The notes beneath the pieces were generated by a model. That model was given only the letters and a program-made list of their open reading frames with translations. It made no database searches and had not been told where the DNA came from. 64,000 nt of DNA, taken from an uncultured Lachnospiraceae bacterium. Lineage in GTDB: Bacteria; Bacillota; Clostridia; Lachnospirales; Lachnospiraceae. Each line of letters begins with the position of its first letter. Within the stretch, counting starts at the first letter, position 1. Below, piece after piece: positions 51,779 through 61,500 of this stretch. Made by a program: the position numbers and the translations under genes. The stretch covers positions 214,102-278,101 of the forward strand of contig USGU01000001.1 of assembly GCA_900554415.1 (NCBI GenBank), in the 5' to 3' direction.

Positions 51779-53707
51779 CTACACAATTAATTCGCACATA
51801 AATGTTACTTTTGTATCTACATCATCTGGTGATAAAGTAAACGTAAAACCATTATCACCGAATCTAGAATCTCCTGATGAAATTATTCCGAATGTTTCAT
51901 CATCCAATCGCTGCCATTTCCACTGTATATACGCAGAATTGCCAAAAATCTTCTTCAATGTAGCACTATCTGTAATACGATTAGGTCCTCGATAAATTAC
52001 TACTGATAATACTGTCGATACACTGTCATTTTTAAATACAGTACCTCTTGACGATTCGATACGCAGTGTCGTGGAATCCTCACCATCTTTTCCGCTACCT
52101 CCTGTTGACAAAGCAGGGATGCCAATTTCTTCGTGTCCGTCGCCGTACACATAAATAAAGCGACGCCATATAAATTTACCATCTTCCCATTTCGGAACTT
52201 CTCTGCTCCATTCATCAGTTTGTGGAGGTTCTGATGATACATCAGACACAGCATACTCATCAATCACTTGAATTATAGTGCTGCTCTTTGCCTCATTGGA
52301 ATTTTTCAAAGCCTCATTTGCAGCCTGTGCATTTTGCTTTTCTTTCTCTGTCAATCTCTCAGTCTGTTCGTATGTCTGATTAATTGTTTCATTGAGAAGC
52401 TTAATACGCTTATTCTGCTGTCCGGTCAAAGTATCAAATGTAGTACCAAATGTATAAGTACTATTTTCTGGATTATTTAAATCAAGTTCGATACTTGTAC
52501 AAAGAAAATAGCTGTCAAGATTGTGTGGTTTGGAACGTACTCTTACATACTCACCAATACGAATCGGACTTATCTCTGGATTTATCAAATGCATGTCGAT
52601 TGCTTTAATCTCAATCGTTCGTTTCGGAGATACAAGTTCTTTCAAAGAAACAATACTTTTTGTAACAAGCTGTTCTTTTGTTGTGATGTCCTGATTTTCA
52701 TAGGTAACACCAATCCAGCCATATTTCTGAACGGCTGATTCACAATAAATAATGTCCCCTGATTTTCGGTATCCCTCAGTATCGTATTCTTTATCTTCCA
52801 AACCAACGATAGTTAATGAAAGATTAGATTCATCATACATTCCGTAATATTCATAGTATGTAACACCATCCTCAAAAGCAGTTACATCATCACTTACTCT
52901 TACAAATCCATTATCTGAATATATATAGTATGTTTTGTCCGATTTCATTGTGGTATCACTGGTAACATAATACCCATCATTATATGAATAGCTTGTTTCG
53001 CTCATTCTGGCACCAAGCGGAACCACAAATGTTGCTATACTTTCTGAATCGTCAGTTTGTGTATAGTCAGTTAAGTTCTTACCAAAATTAAGAACCTGAG
53101 TATTTATATCAGTCCATTCAGAAAGATAATCAATGTATCTGTTACCATCTTCATATCTAACCCTAATATATCCACCAAGGTCATCTATTAACTTCTCACT
53201 AATTTCTTTCCATGTAGTTGGATACTTTACGGATTCTCTATAAATATAATTATTGATATCAAGACTTGCTCCTTGATTAATACCAACTGTAAAACGTTTG
53301 TTGGCATTTACTTGTTCATTATGTTGACTAATAAGCCACTCAAAATATCCGTTTACGCTTGATGGTGCTTGGTTACCATACCCGTTTTCAAGAGTAGAAT
53401 AAGGGCGAACAATAGACTCACTAAGATAATCCAGTTCACCCTTACATTTTACTTTACCATCCAAATAAAATTCTTTTCCGAGTTCATAAATAAACCCTAC
53501 AAATAGTAGAACATTACCGTCATAAACCAGTATTGGATTATCGGCGTCTCGTTCTCTTAATTTGTCGTACATAGGATGTGATGGATAAATCGTAAAATCA
53601 CAATACCCACAGGTATTTTCTTCCGCATCCAAAGACAAATCTACCAAAATACACTCGTCTACATTTGGGTCATGTAGGTATTCTGTTCCATATTTTACGA
53701 TATACAT
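51779..53707 (-). CDS. Phage tail tip (Tal/hub-like minor structural) protein
   Basis: Follows Dit. FTIYPSHP, CKGEL.YL, GGY.R.R....YIDY, FGKNL.D, a coiled coil, then a KFIW repeat and an SSRGTVFKN domain. Confidence 0.85.
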   Translation of the reverse strand: MYIVKYGTEYLHDPNVDECILVDLSLDAEENTCGYCDFTIYPSHPMYDKLRERDADNPILVYDGNVLLFVGFIYELGKEFYLDGKVKCKGELDYLSESIVRPYSTLENGYGNQAPSSVNGYFEWLISQHNEQVNANKRFTVGINQGASLDINNYIYRESVKYPTTWKEISEKLIDDLGGYIRVRYEDGNRYIDYLSEWTDINTQVLNFGKNLTDYTQTDDSESIATFVVPLGARMSETSYSYNDGYYVTSDTTMKSDKTYYIYSDNGFVRVSDDVTAFEDGVTYYEYYGMYDESNLSLTIVGLEDKEYDTEGYRKSGDIIYCESAVQKYGWIGVTYENQDITTKEQLVTKSIVSLKELVSPKRTIEIKAIDMHLINPEISPIRIGEYVRVRSKPHNLDSYFLCTSIELDLNNPENSTYTFGTTFDTLTGQQNKRIKLLNETINQTYEQTERLTEKEKQNAQAANEALKNSNEAKSSTIIQVIDEYAVSDVSSEPPQTDEWSREVPKWEDGKFIWRRFIYVYGDGHEEIGIPALSTGGSGKDGEDSTTLRIESSRGTVFKNDSVSTVLSVVIYRGPNRITDSATLKKIFGNSAYIQWKWQRLDDETFGIISSGDSRFGDNGFTFTLSPDDVDTKVTFMCELIV

Positions 53708-53710
53708 CTG

Positions 53711-54190
53711 CTACTTCCACCTTCCTACAACATACAACTGAAATTTATAAGTAGTGGCAGTTTTCTTCGTATCACCCTGAGTTGTTACATAATAAGTTGA
53801 TGATCTTGATACAGTCTGCCCCCACGTTCTATCCAGCCAACAGTCAGTATTGTTACATACAGCACTCGCAAATTCTATTGGTACCTCAACAAATGTGAGC
53901 GGGTACTCAGCATAAATGTAATTTGAAGCGTACTGTAACCAATCTGAATTATTACTCCACCAACGCCATTCTCCCGTATTTCCTTCAGCTGTATACCAAC
54001 ATTCAGCAAGTCCGCTAGCCCATCTCCGATATACCCAATTACCATAAGAACCAACCGCTACGATATAGTCTACCGAAAGCTCTCTGTATGCTGCATCAAT
54101 TTTATCCATATTTTCATTTAATGGTAACGGGGATATATTATCTGTTATATCATACTTTGTTAATTGTAAATGGTCAGTTACTTCAGCCAT
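53711..54190 (-). CDS. Phage baseplate/side-fibre protein (gp53-like C-terminal domain)
   Basis: T.HL.L, NENMDKID, WVYRRWASG.AECW, YP..F, GRWK. Confidence 0.75.
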   Translation of the reverse strand: MAEVTDHLQLTKYDITDNISPLPLNENMDKIDAAYRELSVDYIVAVGSYGNWVYRRWASGLAECWYTAEGNTGEWRWWSNNSDWLQYASNYIYAEYPLTFVEVPIEFASAVCNNTDCWLDRTWGQTVSRSSTYYVTTQGDTKKTATTYKFQLYVVGRWK

Positions 54191-54666
54191 TAGTTCCACC
54201 GTCCTTTCACATTAACAAATACCTGCTTGTATACACCTGTAGTCTCATGAGTAGTACTAATAATTTTAAATCTCACATTGTCGAGAACGTTCTTATCAGT
54301 TACATCACATACCCATCCCACAGTACTTGATGCCATATGTATCTGCACATCATGAACTTCAAGTAACTGAATAGGAAACATAACTGTCGCTGTCCCGGAA
54401 TAATATGGAAAAGCGGCTCCTCCATCGCATTTAAGGTTCTCAAATTCCAGTTTTGTATATAATTCAATTGTTCCATCTGAATATTTTTTGTACCTCCAAG
54501 TAGCATTACCAGAAGTACCACCAGAATATGATGCAGTCTTTTCTCCACTTTCTATACATAAAGCCATTGCATCGAGTTTTTCAAAGTTTTCATTAACCTG
54601 TTCGTAATCCACCACTTCGTTTTCCAAAAACACATTAAACTGCACTTTTGCCGTCTGATTCGGCAT
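54190..54666 (-). CDS. Phage baseplate/side-fibre protein, paralog of 53711-54190
   Basis: NENFEKLD, WRYKKYSDGTIE, FP, KGRWN. Confidence 0.75.
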   Translation of the reverse strand: MPNQTAKVQFNVFLENEVVDYEQVNENFEKLDAMALCIESGEKTASYSGGTSGNATWRYKKYSDGTIELYTKLEFENLKCDGGAAFPYYSGTATVMFPIQLLEVHDVQIHMASSTVGWVCDVTDKNVLDNVRFKIISTTHETTGVYKQVFVNVKGRWN

Positions 54667-55550
54667 TATATATCACCTACCTTATATGTAACATAAACAT
54701 CTTCAACATTTTCAGTAACCTCAGCCATATAGGTAAGGTCTGCCCACGTTTTGTCAGCTAAATCTTCCCATGTCGAGTTGCTTAATTGATTCCAAGTTTT
54801 AATTACCTGAGTACCATCACCATTCGTTTTATACCATTCATACAATTTCTTTTTCTTAAGGTCCGCCCACGTTATACCTAATGTTTTTAAGTCGCTCCAA
54901 GTCAGGTTTTTTATATCATAAGAATTCAGATACATTTCGTTCTGACCTTCTTTAAACAGAACATCATTAATTGTCCAACTTCCCTGAGGTAAGGTATAAA
55001 CATTGTTATTGAAAATAATCTTAAGAAAAGAATCGGTTTCAATAGTCGGTCTGATTCTCTTTCGTCCACTTTCAAAGTATACGATTTTACCGCCGACAGC
55101 ATTTATTCTGTATATAGACTTATCTAAATACTTGAATGGTTCTGCATTTATCGTAATTTTTATATGACCTACAATTCCAGGATTGTACATAGAATGCTTT
55201 AGCTCTGATACTGAAAATCTTCCATGATATGTGTACAACGGGTCCATCGTAATTCTAAAATCAAACGATTTGCCATGAAGAAACCGGTTTACTTTTGTTA
55301 CAAGAGCTTGGAAATTGTCTATATCAATCACATAGAACTCAAATTCCATACTCCGGTTCTTATAGGCGGTATCGCCAAGCAGAGTGTCAGTGAGGTCAAT
55401 CACTCCGTCTCCGCCTGGGATATCTACCTCATACGTTTTTGCTTCTGGAGGGTCCATTGTATATCCATCTATCATTATCATTCCGTATTTCGTTGTAAGG
55501 TCTGTACCGTCCACAATTAAACGGTTATTTGGATAATCTGGATAACTCAT
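54666..55550 (-). CDS. Distal tail (Dit)-like protein
   Basis: Directly after the tape measure gene. PPEAKT..VDIPG.DG..DLT, YKNR, D..Y.Y.GR, AEPFKY, C-terminal TW.DL repeats. Confidence 0.85.
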   Translation of the reverse strand: MSYPDYPNNRLIVDGTDLTTKYGMIMIDGYTMDPPEAKTYEVDIPGGDGVIDLTDTLLGDTAYKNRSMEFEFYVIDIDNFQALVTKVNRFLHGKSFDFRITMDPLYTYHGRFSVSELKHSMYNPGIVGHIKITINAEPFKYLDKSIYRINAVGGKIVYFESGRKRIRPTIETDSFLKIIFNNNVYTLPQGSWTINDVLFKEGQNEMYLNSYDIKNLTWSDLKTLGITWADLKKKKLYEWYKTNGDGTQVIKTWNQLSNSTWEDLADKTWADLTYMAEVTENVEDVYVTYKVGDI

Positions 55551-58500
55551 TAATGTGACCCCCTTTTCTGTAAAGTAAGCAATTGCCGATTCATTGGTTT
55601 AGCAATTGTAGAAGCAAGTTTCTTAGAATCTACATATAATGCTAATTCGGTATCATCTCCACTATACATAGCATTTAAGTCTGCGCGTAAATCATTAATA
55701 GCCTGAATTACATCATTATTGCTTGCATTAATGTTTGCCTGAGCATCTGATACAATTTTCTGTAAAGAATCAATTGGTGCTGATAATAGTCTTGTACTTA
55801 CATCTGCTCCAACTTGCAAAGTCCGAACTCCATTTTGAATGTCCGCCATGTTAACAACCGGCTGAATAGTTGGTGTCATATCAAGGTCTGTTGCAGATAT
55901 ATCGCTGATGCTACTGAGAGCGCCAGAAATGCTTTCCACAGCATTCGTTCCCATCAATTTACCAGATTGATAAACAGCGTTTCCCATCTGTTCCATACCA
56001 ATGATTAGACCTTCTCCTAACCATCGTCCTGCTTTCTTAGTAAGTTTAGATGGAGACTTAGATTGCTGTCCATCTTTCTCACCTTCTACTGCTTTTTTAC
56101 CAAGAGCGTAACCAGCGTCATATACTTCTTTCTTTTTGGCATTAATACCCTCTATCAATCCATCTCCAAGGTACTTTCCAGCAGAATTAAATGAATCGTA
56201 ATATGACCGAATCGCATTGCTATATGTATTCATTAGCAACAAAATAACTATTCTTGCTCGAACCGAACTTGACTCCAATCCATTTGTAAAATATGTCATT
56301 AGTTCCTCTCCAGCTTTACTGAATACGGTACGTTTGTTATTGATAGTAAAACTTATTTCCGTTAACATATCAGAAAATGCTTTAGAAGTTCTCATACCGG
56401 CATCTGTAAATGACGTTACAAAGTTTTCAATATCAACAGTACTCAAGGTATTTAATGAACTTGTGAAAGCTGTAACTCCATTACTATCGATTCCTGATAA
56501 TTTGTAAATCAAATCAGCAAGAGCATTGGCGGATACAATAGATGCTAATAATGTTGTTTGGTTGATGCCAGATACCTTGGAATAATAACCGTTAAGGCTC
56601 GTTCCGATTCCCTCTACATTAAAGTTATCAATTCCTCTTGTGTCCAGTTCCCCCAAGCCAATAACAAGAGCTTTTAACCGGTATGCTGAACTTATTGAGT
56701 CACTTATTATATCTGTAGAAATATCTTTTACGGTATCTGAAAATGTTTTTATTGTAGTAGCAATTGCAGTAACAGAATTGAATTTGACAATCTCATCAAC
56801 ATCCAAATCAACTACATCTTTTGCTAAATTTTTCAGTCTGTTTGACTGAGTAATTGCTGTTTCTACATTTGAAAATTCAATACCTGAAATTGACATTGCA
56901 AAACTTGATAAGCCAGAACCGAACAAACTTATTTGGTTACCAAATGTACTAAGTTCTACTTTTCCATCAAACAATTTCTTATCTGGTATTGCTTCTTGTA
57001 ACTCTGCCATCATATTACCAGCTTTTGCGGCAGACTCAACTGCATTTTCATTAATAGCATTATCACCACTTACTGACTTTGAAAAATCTGAAATAGCTTC
57101 ACCAAACTGAATACATTTCTCTCCAAAATCCGAAATATCTTCTGTTCCGACTATATCTTGCCAAAGACCGCCTGATTTAGATAATGTATTCTCTAATTCG
57201 GATAACAGCTTGCCGGCACTAACTGCTAATTCGACTGCTTCTGAGTCAATAGCTCCTTCGTCTACGCTATTAGAAAATTTGGTAATAGATTCACCAAAGA
57301 CTTCGCATTTCTCTCCAAATTTAGAAATATCTTCTGTTCCAACTATACTTGGTAACAGTCCGTCGGTCTTTGGAAGAGTTTTCTCTAACTCGGCTAATAA
57401 CTTTCCAGCATTTGCTGCGGATGTTACTGCTTCTGAATCAATAGCATTATCTCCACTTACAGCCTTTGAGAATTTGGCAATAGCTTCGCCAAAAGCGGTT
57501 ATCCGTGTAGCAAAATCGTCCAATTCTCCATTTCCACCAAATTTCAGGAAATTTGTAATTCTCGTAATCAGTTCTGAAGCAGTAAGCGCTAATATTGCTT
57601 GTGCTAGTGCCTTGGCAGCATTTGCAGTATCAGAATCAACACCGGATATACCCTTTAAGAAATCTTCCGCATTGTTTATAAACTTGGACAAATTAGTACC
57701 AAGTAAAGCCAAATCGCCACCAAATGGTAAAAATGAAGTTATGCCATTGATAAATTCAGCGGCTGATAATGCTATAATTGCTCCTGCCAAGTAACCAGCA
57801 CCGCTTAAAGCATTACTATCAACATTCACTACCTTTTCCAAGAAACCAGATAGGTTGTCCATGAAATCTGATAACGCGGTTCCAATTTTCGGCAATGTAT
57901 CTAGTATGCCTCCTGCAATTCCAGATATAATTCCACCGATAAAAGCCCCAATACCGTCTCCGATTGCTTTTAATACAGGAATGCCTTCATTAAGAAATCT
58001 CTTAATCTGAGGAAATTTCTCATTCAAGGCTCCTAATATCCCAATGAAAGAGCCTATTACGGTAACTACCCCAACCATACCAATAGCACCAGCCATAGCC
58101 ATATAAGAAGCAGGACCTAATGTGCCTAAAATAGCAGTTACACCAGCCATAGCCACAAGTAATACAGACAGTGATGTCGCTGTTTCAATAGACGGATTAA
58201 TATTATAGTGGTTCATAATACCAAATATAACACCAAGTCCAGCTACAACAGCAGTCAAAACCGTCATGCCTATCAAAGCATCTTTTTCTACTCTATCAAT
58301 GGTGCTTAGAACCTTAAGTGAAGCAGACATTGCTAATAATAGTACAGAAAGTGATTCAGCATTTTGAAGTGTTGACGTTACTTTGAGTTTACTCATTGCA
58401 GTAAGTATTCCAGCCATAGCTGCAACAACTAAAGTAAGCATACCAATTGTCTTCCAAGCTCCTTGTGCATCTCCTGCCATCTTTTCCATTAAAGCAAACG

Positions 58501-61500
58501 AAGCCATTAACGAAACTAAAGCCGCTGTCGAGCCAGCAAGCCTTTGAGGTTTAATCAAACATAGAAGTGCTACAGCACCTGCCATAACACCAATTGCTAC
58601 AGACATGGCAACTATGTTCTTTTTTACATCTTCTGAGCCTCTTGTAGCCCAAATCATAGCTGTCATTATAGCCCCAAGTGCTGTAACAGCTGCAACTCCT
58701 TTTATTAAAGCTTCAGTATCAACAAGACCCATGAGAATAGAAATGCCCGCTAAAACACCAACCGCTACGGACATAGCAAGTATTGTTGCAGACACTTTGG
58801 CTACTTTTTCTGTACTTGCAATCTTCGTAACCTGAACTAGCACCCCAATAAATACCAGTACACCGGTTGCAAATAAAGCACCTTTCTTCATTTCATCAGG
58901 AGATAGCATAGCTGCTAATTTACATACCCCTACCAGTAACATCATCGATACACTTAATGACATGACAAGTCCGCTTATTTTCTGAATTCGCCCGTTTGGG
59001 AACATATTTGTTACAAGAACAAGTCCACTTACAAATCCCGTAAAACCAGCTATAAATACAGCCCCTTTTAGCATTTCTTCCGCTGATAATAAACCAATCA
59101 GTTTAACAGCACCTACCATCAAAGCTAAGGCTATAGATATCTTCAGCATTAAACCGCCAACACTACTTATTTCCTTACCTGCAAAACGTGATAGTACACT
59201 TAATGTACTAATGAAAACAGTAAAAGCTCCAAGAAAGACAGTTCCTTTTAGTACTTCCTCCTCAGATAAGCCTCCGATTAACTTTATTACTTTTGACATA
59301 AGTAATAAAGATACTGACAGCTTGAGCATGAATGAACCAACTTTATCAACACTGGATAAATCACCAAATTTACCTATCGCACCGATGGCAGTTAATAACG
59401 TACCCATTGCTAGAACAATAAGTGTCAATCCGGCTAAACCCTGCTTGTATTGGTCTATATTCATACTTCCAATAAGTTTAATACTAGCTGCAAGCATGAG
59501 AATTGAAGCACCTATAGCTATCAAACCGGATTTCAAACCACTGATTGAAACGTTGCTTCTTTCGAGTGTTACGGATGCGGTTTCCATTTTACTCATAGCT
59601 AAAGCTAAGGCAGCCATTACACCGGCTAATACTACTACTGTAGCAACAGCATCGTCCAATCTGTCAGGATCTACATAAGTCAAAGCTACAACGGCACCAA
59701 CCAATATTCCTATTGAAATTGCCAAATTACGCAATGCCTTTGCCTGAATCTGATGCTTATATGCTGATATTGTATCCGCTAGACTATTTCCAACTTCGGC
59801 AAATGCGCTTATTACACTATTGACACTTTTTATTCCACCTTCAATAACTTTCGTCATATCGTAAAGCTTTTTCACTGCAACCAGTACAATACTGACCGGT
59901 ATTAATGTAAGAAGGTATTTAAAGTTAAAGTTCTTTACAAAATCAGCAAACGTGGTAATAGTCATTTTGATTTTATCCATGATATCATCAAGTTTATCGC
60001 CAACTTCTAAATCCTTGAACGAATCCTTAATTTCATTTCCGATATACAAAATTGAATCTCGTATAAGAAGTACCCCAGCTTTAATACCATTTACGATACC
60101 TTTAACAATGTTCATTCCCTGGTCATATCCCCATCTAGATGGAGAATGAATACCAAGTAATTCACAAAATGTGTCCATTATGGTTGTACCAATAGTAACA
60201 ATCGCATCTATGGAAGTTTTAACACCGCCGAGCAATCCATTAACAATACCGGCTACAATGTCCCTTCCTAAATGTTCCGAGTCTTTTAGTCCTTTTATCC
60301 ACTTTTCGATATTGTTAAATGCTTTTTCAATTTTGTTGCAAAATCCTTCTATATTAACACTATCGAATCCTTTTGACATATCGCCAAATAGTTTGGTTAG
60401 CATATTCTTGAAATTTTGCACTATTTTCTGTACAGCCGGAAGCTGCATAAAAGCATGTACGCATTTTGTAATCCCCTCTATTAAGGTTTTAAGTGAAGCT
60501 GCAATCTTATCAGACATACCTACAAATATAGTATGTTCTCTCAACCATTTTCCAAACACGGTTACATAATCAGCGATGGTAGCTCCAACATTTGCTAAAT
60601 TAGTACCAAATAATCCTAATACTGCATCCAATAGCTTCAAACTACTAGTAAGTGATGCAGACCATTTCCAATTACTGATATTCAGCGCTGAGTTAATACC
60701 ATCCATAACAGACTTTAGGTTAGTCCCCTTGGTTTCGCTTATACCCATAGCATTTCCAAGATTTTCAATTAATGAGATAACTCCCTTAGCATTGCCGTCC
60801 ACGTCAGAGCCAAACAAATTATCCCAAATCTCAGCTATTTTATCAGTAAGTGGATTATTCAAGATGGCATTTATGACATTTCCGATTATTTTAGCAACAG
60901 CCTCAATACCTTTAACTAATAAGTTTATAGCACCGTTCACAAGCTTGTTATTGTATAAGAAATCTCGTAATTTTACTATTGCATCGCCAATTCTAGATGT
61001 AAAATCCAGAATATTCATGTTGGCATTACCCATAATTTTACACAAAACCTTAAACGCTACACTTAAAGCTCCTCCGGTTAATGTCTTTACAATATCTAAA
61101 GCTGCAAATAATCCCTTGAAAGTTCGTCTTAACTTATCAGCATTTTCGTCGCTAAGAATTAAAACAGATGTAAATTTTTGAAAATATACTACCGCATTAA
61201 CTAAAGTATTTGCCTGTAATGGTTTAAATACTTCTTTAAATGCCTTACTCATTGATGAAAATACTTTTGAAATTGCTCGTCCTATATTTTTAATACCTTC
61301 CAAAACCATCCATCTTGCATTTATCTGGTCCATTTGGTCGATAAATCGGTCAATAGGAATACCTAAACGTCCCGCTGTGTTTTTTAGCTCATTTAAAGCC
61401 CTTATCTGGTCCCCTGTATAACCTAACTGACGAAGTTCTACAGAATTCAGTTTCACAAGTTCTTTCAGGCGTTCTTTTTGTACATCTGTCAATTCTGCAT

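Noticed and set aside
47753..54666. Diversity-generating retroelement or invertase shufflon acting on the fibre genes
   Set aside because: No reverse transcriptase, TR/VR pair, recombinase or inverted cassettes are visible here. This cannot be excluded for the part of the prophage outside the window.
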